Shown piece by piece: positions 18,354 to 28,063 of a stretch of DNA of 64,000 bases. Location: NCBI GenBank assembly GCA_038242265.1, contig JBBSSH010000003.1, forward strand, positions 37,750 to 101,749, written 5' to 3'. The stretch comes from Propionibacteriales bacterium (GTDB taxonomy: Bacteria; Actinomycetota; Actinomycetes; Propionibacteriales; Nocardioidaceae). The translations under genes were made by a program, and so were the position numbers. A model generated the notes under the pieces. That model saw nothing but the letters and a program-made list of their open reading frames with translations, was not told the origin of the DNA and did not search any database. Position 1 is the first letter of the stretch. Every line of letters begins with the position of its first letter.

Positions 18354-19218
18354 CCCGAGCGATCGCGAATTGCCCCCGCATGTGACCACGCCCCTGTTGG
18401 CGTTGGTAGCAGGGCGGTCGATGGACGAGGACTACGCCCACGTCGCCCGGCAACGCGCCGAAGCTGGAGAGAGCCCACGACCATCACCCAAGCTCCGCTG
18501 GGCGAGCCTGGTGGTGGTGGGCATCCTGGGCCTGTTGACCACGGTGGTGGCGGTTCAGACCGATCGTCAGTCAGCGGTCGACCAGCTGAGCAGGGCCGCA
18601 CTGATCGAACAGGTCCAGTCGAGAAGCACGCTGGTGAAAAGCCTCAAGACCAGGGGAGGTGAGCTCAACGGGCTGAATCAGGCCGCTGTTGAGCGCGCGG
18701 CACAGGTCGAGGGTCAGGTCGACACACTTCTTGACAGCGTGAGCCGTCTCGAAGTGGGGACGGGGTTCTCGGATGTGCATGGCGAGGGCCTCAAGATCTC
18801 GGTCGACAATCAAACGGGCGCAGAGGCGGCCAACGAGATCCGCGATGTCGATCTTGCCCTTCTGGTCGATGGCCTCTGGGCAGCCGGTGCTGAAGCCATC
18901 GCCATCAATGAGCAGCGCATCAATGTACTGGGTGGCATTCGCAACACGAGCCGAGCCATCCACGTCAATGGCCGCCCCGTCAACCCGCCGTACATCGTCA
19001 AGGTCATCGGCGACAACCAGAACCTGCTGGCTCGGCTGGCCCGGTCGAGTCAGGGACAGCAGTGGTCGTTCCTCGTGAATGCACTCGGATTTCGGTACAC
19101 CACGCACAATGTCGATGACATAGTCCTTCTCGCAGCACCTGCACGCGCCCTGCGCGATGTGGTCGAATTGCGCACTGACACCGACGGCACTCTGAAGGGA
19201 GAGGAGAAAACTCCGTGA
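18346..19218 (+). CDS. DUF881 family protein
   Basis: One TM, coiled coil, G.GL.I.VDN, IRDVDL..LV..LW.AGAEAIAINEQR; start approximate. Confidence 0.85.
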   Translation: MVDPSDRELPPHVTTPLLALVAGRSMDEDYAHVARQRAEAGESPRPSPKLRWASLVVVGILGLLTTVVAVQTDRQSAVDQLSRAALIEQVQSRSTLVKSLKTRGGELNGLNQAAVERAAQVEGQVDTLLDSVSRLEVGTGFSDVHGEGLKISVDNQTGAEAANEIRDVDLALLVDGLWAAGAEAIAINEQRINVLGGIRNTSRAIHVNGRPVNPPYIVKVIGDNQNLLARLARSSQGQQWSFLVNALGFRYTTHNVDDIVLLAAPARALRDVVELRTDTDGTLKGEEKTP

Positions 19219-19547
19219 TTGCGGCTCTCGGATTGTTGATCGGCATCGTCGTCGGGCTCGTCTTCGCCCCGGACGTGCCAGTCAGCCTGCAGTTCTATCT
19301 CCCCATTGCCGTCGTGGCTGCTCTTGACGCGGTTTTCGGGGGGCTCCGGGCCTATCTGGACGGAATTTTCGACGACAAGGTCTTTGTCGTGTCGTTCGTC
19401 AGTAACGTCGTGATCGCCGCTGCCATCGTTTTCCTGGGCGAACAACTCGGCGTCGGTGACCAGCTGTCCACCGGGGTCATTGTCGTGCTCGGTATTCGCA
19501 TCTTCTCCAACATCGCAGCCATCCGACGTCATGTGTTCCATGCCTGA
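19215..19547 (+). CDS. sbp: Small basic protein (DUF1290)
   Basis: YLPIAVVAALDAVFGGLRA...FDDKVFVVSFVSN...GIRIFSN. Confidence 0.9.
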   Translation: MIAALGLLIGIVVGLVFAPDVPVSLQFYLPIAVVAALDAVFGGLRAYLDGIFDDKVFVVSFVSNVVIAAAIVFLGEQLGVGDQLSTGVIVVLGIRIFSNIAAIRRHVFHA

Positions 19548-20274
19548 CCAGGACCCGACGCGAAGACGTCTGCTGGGAGCGCTCTCCCAGTCACAGCGCC
19601 GCCAGGTGGCGGTCGCTCTCCTGCTCGCGGTGCTGGGTTTCGCCTACGTCGTCCAGGCGCGCGGCAACCACGTCGATGACACGTATGCGGATCTGCGCGA
19701 GAGTGAACTCATCCAGGTGTACGACGGCCTGACCGGCACTGCGGAGAAGGCCCGTCGCGAGGTGGCGCGCCTCGAGGCCCGTCGCGACGAACTGCAGGAC
19801 GAGAGCGGTAGTCGGTCTGCAGCCCTGGACGAGGCTCGGCAGCGCCTCAATACCCTCAACATCATCGGTGGTCTGGTGCCCGTCTCCGGGCCGGGTCTGC
19901 GCGTGACGATCACCGACAGCAACAACGTCGTCACGGTCGGAGCGCTGCTGGACACGGTGCAGGAGTTGCGTACGGCTGGTGCCGAGGCGATGGAGTTCAA
20001 CGACACGTACCGGCTCGGCGCGCAGAGTTCTTTCGAAAACACCGATGATGGGATGTTGCTGGAAGGTCAGCCATTGAAGTCGCCGTATGTCATCGACGTC
20101 ATTGGCGACCAGCATGTGCTGCAGACCGCCCTGACCTTCTCCTCGGGGCCCGTCGAAACCTTGCAGGCCGGTGACGGTGTCTCGGTGAGCATCCAGGAGC
20201 TCGACACTGTGGAGATCAAGAGCATTCGCCCGGCGTTCAAGCCCGAGTTCGCCGAGCCCGTCGGAGGGCCCTGA
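19540..20274 (+). CDS. DUF881 family protein
   Basis: PVSGPGLRVTITD, VQELRTAGAEAMEFN, PYVIDVIGD. Confidence 0.88.
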   Translation: MPDQDPTRRRLLGALSQSQRRQVAVALLLAVLGFAYVVQARGNHVDDTYADLRESELIQVYDGLTGTAEKARREVARLEARRDELQDESGSRSAALDEARQRLNTLNIIGGLVPVSGPGLRVTITDSNNVVTVGALLDTVQELRTAGAEAMEFNDTYRLGAQSSFENTDDGMLLEGQPLKSPYVIDVIGDQHVLQTALTFSSGPVETLQAGDGVSVSIQELDTVEIKSIRPAFKPEFAEPVGGP

Positions 20275-20328
20275 CACCGGGCCCAGTAGCCTGCCGTTCA
20301 CTGATCCAGACCTACGAGGAGTCATGAC

Positions 20329-20715
20329 GTGTTTCCGGAGAACCTGAAGTACACCAGCGAGCACGAGTGGGTCCGCACCCCCGGCGAGTCCGAGGGCTCA
20401 GTCCGGATCGGGATCACCGATTTCGCGCAGGACGCGCTGGGCGACATCGTCTATGTCTCACTGCCCGAGGTGGGCGCTTCAGTCACCGCTGGCGACACCT
20501 GCGGAGAGCTGGAATCAACCAAATCGGTGAGCGACATCTATGCCCCGATCACGGGTGAGATCGTGTCGACCAACGCAGCCCTCGACTCGACCCCCGAACT
20601 GGTCAACAACGATCCCTACGAGGCGGGTTGGCTCTTCGAGGTGACCGTGAGCGACCAGGATCAACTGGCGGGTCTGATGGACGCAGATGCCTATCAGGCG
20701 ACTCTCAACGGATAA
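20329..20715 (+). CDS. gcvH: Glycine cleavage system H protein
   Basis: YTSEHEWV, GITDFAQDALGDIVYV, ESTKSVSD (lipoyl Lys), VNNDPYEAGWLF. Confidence 0.98.
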   Translation: MFPENLKYTSEHEWVRTPGESEGSVRIGITDFAQDALGDIVYVSLPEVGASVTAGDTCGELESTKSVSDIYAPITGEIVSTNAALDSTPELVNNDPYEAGWLFEVTVSDQDQLAGLMDADAYQATLNG

Positions 20716-20753
20716 GCCTGCCTGGCTTCACGCTGCGGCTGATACGTTCAGAC

Positions 20754-20786
20754 CAACCATCAACCTCAACTCTCGCCTGAGGGTTG
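20754..20786. promoter_or_regulatory. Putative MerR-type operator, copy 1: CAACCAT-N5-TCAAC-N7-TGAGGGTTG
   Basis: Same fixed blocks and spacing as the copy at 22605; upstream of garA. Confidence 0.6.
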
Positions 20787-20811
20787 TGTGTCGATACGTC
20801 GAGGAGAACTT

Positions 20812-21321
20812 ATGCCCTTCTGCACTTCCTGTGGTCAGCAGAACCCCGACGACGCGCGCTTCTGCGGCCAGTGTGGGACGAAGGTGGGGGAGCCGGACGT
20901 GGCCGCCCCGCCCGTCGACGCCACCGCCACGATCACCTTCGGCGCGCCAGACTCACGAGAATCATCGGACCGACAGCTCAGTCCGGTGGACGCAGCTGCG
21001 GTGGACGCTCTGCCTCAGGGGCATGCGCTCCTGGTGGTCCAGCGTGGACCCAGCGCCGGAAGCCGATTCCTGCTCGACACGGACGTTGTCGGCGCAGGGC
21101 GTCATCCGGAGAGTGAGATTTTCCTGGACGACGTGACTGTCTCACGTCGCCATGCCGAGTTTCGGCGATCTGGTTCGGGATTCACGGTGACTGACGTGGG
21201 CAGCCTCAATGGCACCTACGTGAACCGGGACCGCATCGATGCGGTGGAGCTCACCGACGGGGATGAGGTTCAGATCGGAAAGTACCGTCTGGTCTTCTTC
21301 TCCTCACACCCGGACAGCTGA
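20812..21321 (+). CDS. garA: Zinc-ribbon + FHA domain protein (GarA/OdhI-like)
   Basis: CTSCG..N...ARFCGQCG; FHA GRHPESEIFLDDVTVSRRHAEF...DVGSLNGTYVN. Confidence 0.9.
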   Translation: MPFCTSCGQQNPDDARFCGQCGTKVGEPDVAAPPVDATATITFGAPDSRESSDRQLSPVDAAAVDALPQGHALLVVQRGPSAGSRFLLDTDVVGAGRHPESEIFLDDVTVSRRHAEFRRSGSGFTVTDVGSLNGTYVNRDRIDAVELTDGDEVQIGKYRLVFFSSHPDS

Positions 21322-21324
21322 TTC

Positions 21325-22062
21325 GTGGCCGCCTCTCCCTCTGAATCCAGTCGCGGCGCGCGATACAACATCGGGCAGGTGCTCGATCAACTTCGTCCTG
21401 ACTTCGCTGGTGTGACGATCCCCAAAATTCGATTCCTGGAGGACAAGGGGCTGGTCAAACCCGAACGGACCGCGTCGGGATACCGAAAGTTCTCCGGTGA
21501 CGATGTGACGCGACTCCGGTACATCCTCAGGATGCAACGCGATCACTATCTGCCCCTCAAGATCATCGGTGAGCACCTGGACGCCATCGATCGTGGGTTG
21601 GAGCCCCCTCCCATCGATTCAGTGGTTCCGACGGTGCCCAAGGTTGCGTTGAGTGCTGACGGGTTGCCCAGCCCTGAGTCCTTCCGCCGTCACGGTGATC
21701 TGAGGCTCTCTCGCCGGGAGTTGATCAAGATCGCCAACATCGATGAGGACCTGCTCTCTCAACTCGAGCAGTACGGACTCATCGCTGCGCGTCCCGGCAC
21801 CGGGCAATTTGACAGCGATGCGCTGGTTCTTGCCCAGACGGCGCGCGAGTTGTCGGTCTTCGGCTTCGAGCCTCGGCACCTTCGGGCCTTCAAGACCGCT
21901 GCTGACCGTCAGGTCGGACTGGTGCAACAGGTGGTGGCGCCGCTGGCTCGAGCCGGTGACGCTGCCGCAAGGGGTCGCGTCGAGGAGACGACCAATGAGA
22001 TCGCTGCGCTGTCCGTGCGGCTGCACGCAACTCTGGTGAAGGTCGGCCTCGACCGCGGTTGA
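21325..22062 (+). CDS. MerR-family regulator (Rv1828/FtsR-like)
   Basis: IGQVLDQL..DF..VTIPKIRFLEDKGLVKPERTASGYRKF...QRDHYLPLKII; synteny after garA. Confidence 0.9.
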   Translation: MAASPSESSRGARYNIGQVLDQLRPDFAGVTIPKIRFLEDKGLVKPERTASGYRKFSGDDVTRLRYILRMQRDHYLPLKIIGEHLDAIDRGLEPPPIDSVVPTVPKVALSADGLPSPESFRRHGDLRLSRRELIKIANIDEDLLSQLEQYGLIAARPGTGQFDSDALVLAQTARELSVFGFEPRHLRAFKTAADRQVGLVQQVVAPLARAGDAAARGRVEETTNEIAALSVRLHATLVKVGLDRG

Positions 22063-22128
22063 GCGTTGCCGCGAGATGTTGGTGTCATCGGGCTCCAGGT
22101 CCTTCGCGGTCGTGAGTATGGTGGGGAC

Positions 22129-22596
22129 ATGCGCGAAATGGACGTCGTGGGAGTCCGCGTCGAGATGCCTTCGAATCAGCCCATCGTGCTTCTGCGCGAA
22201 ACCTCGGGGGAGCGGTACCTCCCCATCTGGATCGGTGCGGTGGAAGCCACGGCTATTGCCTTTGCCCAACAAGGTGTGACACCGCCACGTCCCCTGACCC
22301 ACGACCTCATGCGAGACGTGTTGCAGGCCACGGGTCAACGCCTCGACGAGGTGCGGATCGTGGACATGCAGGATGGCATCTTCTACGCCCAGCTCATCTT
22401 CGACGGCGGCGCTGAGGTGGGTGCACGTCCCTCCGACTCGATCGCCCTTGCCTTGCGGACGGGAACCCGGATCGTTTGCGCAGAAACCGTGCTGGACGAA
22501 GCGGGGCTGGCGGTGCCGGTCGAGCAGGAGGATGAGGTCGAGCGGTTCCGTGAATTTCTGGATCATGTCTCACCAGATGACTTCGAATCCCCCTGA
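22129..22596 (+). CDS. Bifunctional nuclease family protein (DUF151)
   Basis: PIVLLRE...RYLPIWIGAVEATAIA, RPLTHDL, ARPSDSIALALR. Confidence 0.92.
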   Translation: MREMDVVGVRVEMPSNQPIVLLRETSGERYLPIWIGAVEATAIAFAQQGVTPPRPLTHDLMRDVLQATGQRLDEVRIVDMQDGIFYAQLIFDGGAEVGARPSDSIALALRTGTRIVCAETVLDEAGLAVPVEQEDEVERFREFLDHVSPDDFESP

Positions 22597-22604
22597 TGTG
22601 CGCT

Positions 22605-22637
22605 CAACCATGACTCTCAACCTCAGGGTGAGGGTTG
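22605..22637. promoter_or_regulatory. Putative MerR-type operator, copy 2: CAACCAT-N5-TCAAC-N7-TGAGGGTTG
   Basis: Matches the copy at 20754; upstream of the second MerR gene. Confidence 0.6.
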
Positions 22638-22795
22638 CGACACGCCGCGTCGCTCGTTGACCGTCCCCGATTCCCGGCCTACCTTGAGGTCTCTTCGTTG
22701 TAACTCCACCGTTGTGGTTGCCTGCTTCACCAGCGCCCGACGTTTCTTCCCCCCGGGAGTTGCTGCACACGAAGGAACAGACCTGGAGGGTCGCT

Positions 22796-23407
22796 GTGGG
22801 TGTCAAAGAGAACGACAAGGGCACGGATGTGGCAAGTGCGCGCGCTGCCGATGAAGCGGCGAGTGCGGCGCAAGCCCAGGGCCTGCTGTTCACCGACGAC
22901 GTCTCGTCACTGCCCAGTGATGCCGGCTACCGCGGCCCCATTGCGTGCAGTGCTGCCGGGATCACCTACCGCCAACTCGACTACTGGGCCCGCACCGGTC
23001 TGGTGCAGCCTGGTGTGCGTGGCGCCGCAGGGTCGGGCTCCCAGCGCCTCTACTCATTCCGCGACATCTTGATCCTCAAGGTCGTCAAGCGTCTGTTGGA
23101 TGCAGGAATATCGCTGCAGCAGATCCGCACTGCGGTCGCGCATCTGCGTGAGCGCGGCACCGACGACCTGACGCGAGTCACCTTGATGAGTGACGGTGCC
23201 TCGGTCTACGAGTGCACCAGCAACGACGAGGTCATCGATCTGCTCCAGGGAGGTCAGGGAGTCTTCGGCATCGCGATCGGCGGTGTCTGGCGTGAGATCG
23301 AAGGCACGCTGGCCGACCTTCCCAGTGAGCGGGCGATCCAGGATCCCGAGTCCCCGGTGCCTGGTGACGAGCTCGCTGCTCGGCGCGCAGCCCGCAGCAC
23401 CGGCTGA
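22796..23407 (+). CDS. MerR-family regulator (Rv1830-like)
   Basis: GYRGPIACSAAGITYRQLDYWARTGLV.P....AAGSGSQRLYSFRD...LLDAGISLQQIR; GGAGG SD before GTG 22796. Confidence 0.92.
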   Translation: MGVKENDKGTDVASARAADEAASAAQAQGLLFTDDVSSLPSDAGYRGPIACSAAGITYRQLDYWARTGLVQPGVRGAAGSGSQRLYSFRDILILKVVKRLLDAGISLQQIRTAVAHLRERGTDDLTRVTLMSDGASVYECTSNDEVIDLLQGGQGVFGIAIGGVWREIEGTLADLPSERAIQDPESPVPGDELAARRAARSTG

Positions 23408-23429
23408 CCAGACCTTCGCTGTACCTCGC

Positions 23430-23458
23430 GGGCCGTCCGGAGTTTCTCCGGGCGGCCC
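23430..23458 (+). terminator. GC-rich hairpin after the MerR gene
   Basis: GGGCCGTCCGGAG-TTT-CTCCGGGCGGCCC, a 13-bp stem with one G-U pair. Confidence 0.55.
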
Positions 23459-23557
23459 TGCTGCGTCTCATGCTCCTGGACGCGCAGTCGTGCCGCGTGT
23501 CAGCCGGGTCCACTGGGCGGGCCGCGGGAGAGGCGTTAGACTGACCCTGCTGACAAT

Positions 23558-23687
23558 CCCGCGCGGGAGAGTCACCTGCGGCCGAGCCGCGGTGCGCCGA
23601 AGGGGCAATTCCTCCCCGGAACCTCTCAGGCCCCAGGACCGCGCGGGCTGGCACTCTGAGGGCCGCCAGGGCCGACAGATGGGGAGG
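23558..23687 (+). ncRNA. Glycine riboswitch (one full aptamer plus a truncated ghost aptamer)
   Basis: P1 CCCGCGCG/CGCGCGGG, GGAGAG, CGCCGAAGGGGCAA, CTCTCAGG, then ACTCTGA...GACAGA; directly upstream of gcvP. Confidence 0.92.
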
Positions 23688-23715
23688 TCTGCTGATCGAC
23701 CTCAGGGAGCCTCAC

Positions 23716-26571
23716 GTGTCGGACCCGACCCCACTGCCCACCACCTCGCACCTCGGTGAGTTCGTCGCGCGCCACATCGGGCCTCGAGACCTCGACATCG
23801 ATGTTATGCTGCGAGCCGTGGGGCACGAGTCCCTCGAAACGCTGATGTCGGCCGCGATCCCGGGTGGGATCCGCGCCGCCGCTGCTCTCGACCTTCCCGA
23901 TGCCCTGGACGAGGAGGCGGCCGCTCACGCCCTGCGTACCCTGGCAGCACAGAACCATCCGGCTGAAGCGATGATCGGTCTCGGCTACCACGGCACGATC
24001 ACACCACCGGTCATTCGACGCAATGTTCTCGAGGACCCGGCCTGGTACACCGCCTACACGCCGTACCAGCCCGAAGTCTCTCAGGGCCGGCTCGAGGCTC
24101 TGCTCAATTTCCAGACTCTCATCGGGGATCTCACCGGCCTCCCCACCGCCAATGCCTCGTTGCTGGACGAGGGGACCGCCGCTGCCGAAGCGATGACACT
24201 GGTCCGCCGTGCCCAGCGCGACACGACTGGGCTGTTCGTGGTCGACGCGGATGCGCTGCCCCAGACCATCGACGTCGTCCGCACCAGGGCGGAGGGCATG
24301 AGCATCGAAGTGGTGGTGGCAGACCTCACCCAGGGTCTGCCCGAGGGGGAAATCTCTGGTGTGCTGATCCAGTACCCCGGCGCTTCAGGGACGGTGTCCG
24401 ACCCACGACCTGTCATCGAGGCGGCGCACGAGCGAGGAGCGCTTGCCGTTGTGGCAGCCGACCTGCTGGCTCTCGCGTTGCTCGAAGCTCCGGGTGCTCT
24501 GGGGGCTGACGTCGTGGTGGGTTCGTCGCAACGTTTCGGAGTGCCGCTCTTCTATGGGGGTCCCCACGCAGGATTCATGTCGGTCTCGGCTGGCCTCGAG
24601 CGTCACCTGCCCGGCCGTCTGGTCGGGGTGTCCCTCGATGCTGAAGGCCGACCCGCCTACCGGCTGGCTCTGCAGACGCGTGAACAGCACATCCGTCGCG
24701 ACCGGGCCACTTCCAACATCTGCACCGCCCAGGTGCTGCTTGCCGTCGTTGCTTCGATGTATGCCGTCTACCACGGCCCTGACGGGATTCGCGCGATCGC
24801 GCAACGTACGCACGACCGGGCCAGCGACATCGCGGCTGCGCTCAGCTCCGGGGGAGTGGAGGTGGAGAACCAGACCTGGTTCGACACGCTCACCGTCTCG
24901 GTTCCCGGACGCGCCGACGAGGTCATCAGGGCGGCCCGTGCGCTGGGGCTGCACCTTCGTATCATCGACGCCGACCGGGTCGGAGTCTCCACGTCGGAGC
25001 GCACCAGCGCGTCGAGCGTCGCTGCGGTCCTTCGCGCTTTCGGTGTCAGCGCTGCGACGGGGGAGAGCGCGGGCGGGCTCCCAGCCGACCTGAAGCGTGA
25101 GAGCAACTTCCTCACTCACGAGGTGTTCAACTCCCATCACAGTGAGACGCAGATGCTGCGCTACCTGAGCCGACTCTCCGGACGCGACTACGCCCTGGAC
25201 CGGGGGATGATCCCTTTGGGCTCCTGCACCATGAAACTCAACGCCACGACCGAGATGGAGCCGATCAGCCTGCCCGGCTTCGCCGACCTCCATCCCTTCG
25301 CCCCCGCCGAGGACGCGCTCGGTTACGCGCAACTCGTGGGTGACCTGGAGGGATGGCTGGCCGAGGTGACCGGCTACGACCGAGTCTCGGTGCAGCCGAA
25401 CGCGGGATCCCAGGGAGAGCTCGCCGGGCTGCTCGCCATTCGAGGCTTTCACCTCGGCAACGGTGACACGGACCGCAACATCTGCCTGATTCCGTCCTCC
25501 GCGCACGGAACCAACGCGGCCTCCGCGGTGATGGCGGGGATGAAGGTCGTGGTGGTCAAGGCGGCTGAGGACGGCTCGGTCGATCTGGACGACCTGCGCG
25601 CCAAGTGTGAACAGTTCGTCGACACGCTGGCTGCAATCATGGTCACCTATCCCTCCACCCACGGTGCCTATGAAGACACCATCACCGACCTGTGCAAGAT
25701 CGTCCACGACCACGGTGGTCAGGTGTACGTGGATGGTGCCAACCTGAACGCCCTTCTGGGCTACGCCCGGCCCGGTGAGTTCGGTGGCGACGTTTCCCAC
25801 CTGAATCTCCACAAGACCTTCTGCATCCCGCACGGTGGCGGTGGACCGGGAGTGGGGCCGGTGGGTGTGCGTGCTCATCTGGCTCCCTACCTCCCCTCAC
25901 ATGCTCTGCACCCCGAGGTGGACAAGCGCGAGGGCATCGGCCCGATCAGTGCCGCCCCCTACGGCTCTGCCGGCATCCTGCCGATCACCTGGGCCTACAT
26001 CCAGATGATGGGCGGAGCCGGCCTCACGCGCGCGACAGCGGTGGCTGTCCTGTCCGCCAACTACATCGCGCACCGGTTGCAGGAGCACTTCCCCGTGCTT
26101 TATCGCGGGCACGGCGGGTTGGTGGCCCATGAATGCATCCTGGATCTGCGCGAATTGGCGAAGTCCAGTGGAGTGAGCGTCGATGATGTGGCCAAGCGGC
26201 TGGTCGACTACGGCTTCCACGCACCGACCATGTCCTTCCCGGTCGCGGGCACTCTCATGGTGGAGCCCACCGAGTCCGAGGACCTGGCTGAGATCGACCG
26301 CTTCTGCGAGGCGATGATCGCGATTCGGGGCGAGATCGCCCGCGTCGAGGCGGGCGACTGGTCGGCCGAGGATTCCCCGCTGCGCCATGCGCCACACACG
26401 GCCAGAGTTCTCGTCGGCGAGTGGGATCGTGCCTACTCCCGCGAGGAAGCAGTCTTCCCCCAGGGGGTCGACCCCGACAAGTACTGGCCGCCGGTGGCCC
26501 GGATCGACCAAGCATACGGGGACCGCAATCTGGTCTGCTCGTGTCCGCCGCCGGAGGCATTCAGCGAGTGA
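23716..26571 (+). CDS. gcvP: Glycine dehydrogenase (decarboxylating), P protein
   Basis: [70 protein letters not shown]. Confidence 0.99.
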   Translation: MSDPTPLPTTSHLGEFVARHIGPRDLDIDVMLRAVGHESLETLMSAAIPGGIRAAAALDLPDALDEEAAAHALRTLAAQNHPAEAMIGLGYHGTITPPVIRRNVLEDPAWYTAYTPYQPEVSQGRLEALLNFQTLIGDLTGLPTANASLLDEGTAAAEAMTLVRRAQRDTTGLFVVDADALPQTIDVVRTRAEGMSIEVVVADLTQGLPEGEISGVLIQYPGASGTVSDPRPVIEAAHERGALAVVAADLLALALLEAPGALGADVVVGSSQRFGVPLFYGGPHAGFMSVSAGLERHLPGRLVGVSLDAEGRPAYRLALQTREQHIRRDRATSNICTAQVLLAVVASMYAVYHGPDGIRAIAQRTHDRASDIAAALSSGGVEVENQTWFDTLTVSVPGRADEVIRAARALGLHLRIIDADRVGVSTSERTSASSVAAVLRAFGVSAATGESAGGLPADLKRESNFLTHEVFNSHHSETQMLRYLSRLSGRDYALDRGMIPLGSCTMKLNATTEMEPISLPGFADLHPFAPAEDALGYAQLVGDLEGWLAEVTGYDRVSVQPNAGSQGELAGLLAIRGFHLGNGDTDRNICLIPSSAHGTNAASAVMAGMKVVVVKAAEDGSVDLDDLRAKCEQFVDTLAAIMVTYPSTHGAYEDTITDLCKIVHDHGGQVYVDGANLNALLGYARPGEFGGDVSHLNLHKTFCIPHGGGGPGVGPVGVRAHLAPYLPSHALHPEVDKREGIGPISAAPYGSAGILPITWAYIQMMGGAGLTRATAVAVLSANYIAHRLQEHFPVLYRGHGGLVAHECILDLRELAKSSGVSVDDVAKRLVDYGFHAPTMSFPVAGTLMVEPTESEDLAEIDRFCEAMIAIRGEIARVEAGDWSAEDSPLRHAPHTARVLVGEWDRAYSREEAVFPQGVDPDKYWPPVARIDQAYGDRNLVCSCPPPEAFSE

Positions 26572-26674
26572 GAGACCTGCGGCAGCGACTGCTGGAGGTG
26601 GCTCAGTCCCACTGGCACCCACAGTCGCTGCCGCGGTCACTGTCCCGGGTGGGTGCCCGTGCTGAACTGCCTGC

Positions 26675-28063
26675 TCACACTCCTTGGGAGACGCTCGACA
26701 TGTTGAAGTCAGGTATCCGAAGAGCCGGCGTGGCCGTGCGCGAGAAGTAGTCGTCTCCCCACTCACGGCTGAAACTCGGCCCCGAGGTGCTGGCAGCGGT
26801 GAAGCGGTTGAGCAGGTCGATCGGGCTCTCGTTCCAGCGGAAGTTGTTCACAGCCCCGGTGATCTCGCCATTCTCGACGAGGTAGACGCCATCACGGGTG
26901 AGACCGGTGAGAAGCATCGTCTGCGGGTCCACCTCCCGGATGTACCACAGGCACGTCAGCAGCAAACCTCGCTCCATGCCGGCCACGAGATCATCGATCG
27001 AGCTACTGGCCCCGTCGATGTCGAGGATGAGGTTGTCGGTGAAACCGGTCGTCGGCTGTCCCGTCAGAGCAGCGGAGTGCCTGGTTTGGATGAGCGCGTC
27101 GAGACGTCCATCCCTGATCCAGTCGACACGACCCAGCGGCAACCCGGTGTCGAACACCGATTCGGTGTTGTCCGATGCCGCAGAATCCGCGAAGGGTGAG
27201 CACTCGAGTCCGGGGTAGCCGGGGTCCGAGTAGAGGTTGACCCCGGCCTTGGCGAGTTGCTGGCCGATGCGAGTTCCGCCACCCCGTCGGCTGTAGACCG
27301 ACTCGCCCTCATGAGCCACGCGAGCACCCGCGCCCCAGTACGCGTCGATCATCAGGTCCGCGACCGAGGAGGGGGGCAGCACTGTGTCGTAGCGGCCGGC
27401 CGGCAGATCGATCCGGCGCTTCGCCCACGCGAGCCGTTGGGCGACAGTGTCGGCCATGGCAGTTGCGTCGACGTCGGAGAAGTCGCGCGTCGCGCCACCG
27501 GTCCAGGCGCTGCGGGTGAGAGAGGTGTCCTTGCCCGTGCAGGCGTAGTGACCGGTGGGTTGGACCTGACGCAGTCGCAGCCCTCGCGTCGAACCTACGT
27601 AGGTCGTACAGACTTCGTGGTTGACGAAGCCGTAGAGGAGGCGGTCCTCGGAATGTGCTTGTCCGAATGCCTCACCCAGGGCTGCAGCAAAGGTGTCGTA
27701 GACCCCGATTCCCGTCGTGGCGGGCTCATCTGCCCAATCGGGTGATGTGGAGTCGCCGATGAGTTCGGCGACATCCTCGGCGGGGGATCCGGCACGGGCG
27801 GCAGCATCCGCCGCTTCGACCAGCAACGTCACCTGATCAGCCGTTGACACACTGCCCGACATCGAGCCGGTGGCGACACCACCCTGGACGGAAGCGAAAC
27901 TGATCACGCTCACGCTGATGGCGGTCATGACGCCGTTGGTGGTCAGCGTGTTGTTGGCCCACCTGAGGTTGGCGCTGGTGGCATCGCGGATGATGACGAT
28001 GCAATCGTCGGCGGCCGATGTCGTCAGCGCGTGCTCTACCAATTCTTGTGCGGTGGTGGTCAT
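26675..28063 (-). CDS. tldE: TldE/PmbA family non-catalytic partner
   Basis: ANLRWANNTLTTNG, GLLLTCLWYIREVDP, TGLTRDGVYLVENGEI.GAVNNFRWNESP; TGATG-coupled to tldD. Confidence 0.88.
   Translation of the reverse strand: MTTTAQELVEHALTTSAADDCIVIIRDATSANLRWANNTLTTNGVMTAISVSVISFASVQGGVATGSMSGSVSTADQVTLLVEAADAAARAGSPAEDVAELIGDSTSPDWADEPATTGIGVYDTFAAALGEAFGQAHSEDRLLYGFVNHEVCTTYVGSTRGLRLRQVQPTGHYACTGKDTSLTRSAWTGGATRDFSDVDATAMADTVAQRLAWAKRRIDLPAGRYDTVLPPSSVADLMIDAYWGAGARVAHEGESVYSRRGGGTRIGQQLAKAGVNLYSDPGYPGLECSPFADSAASDNTESVFDTGLPLGRVDWIRDGRLDALIQTRHSAALTGQPTTGFTDNLILDIDGASSSIDDLVAGMERGLLLTCLWYIREVDPQTMLLTGLTRDGVYLVENGEITGAVNNFRWNESPIDLLNRFTAASTSGPSFSREWGDDYFSRTATPALRIPDFNMSSVSQGV

Noticed and set aside
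24385-25878. 497-aa minus-strand ORF
   Set aside because: Shadow of gcvP.
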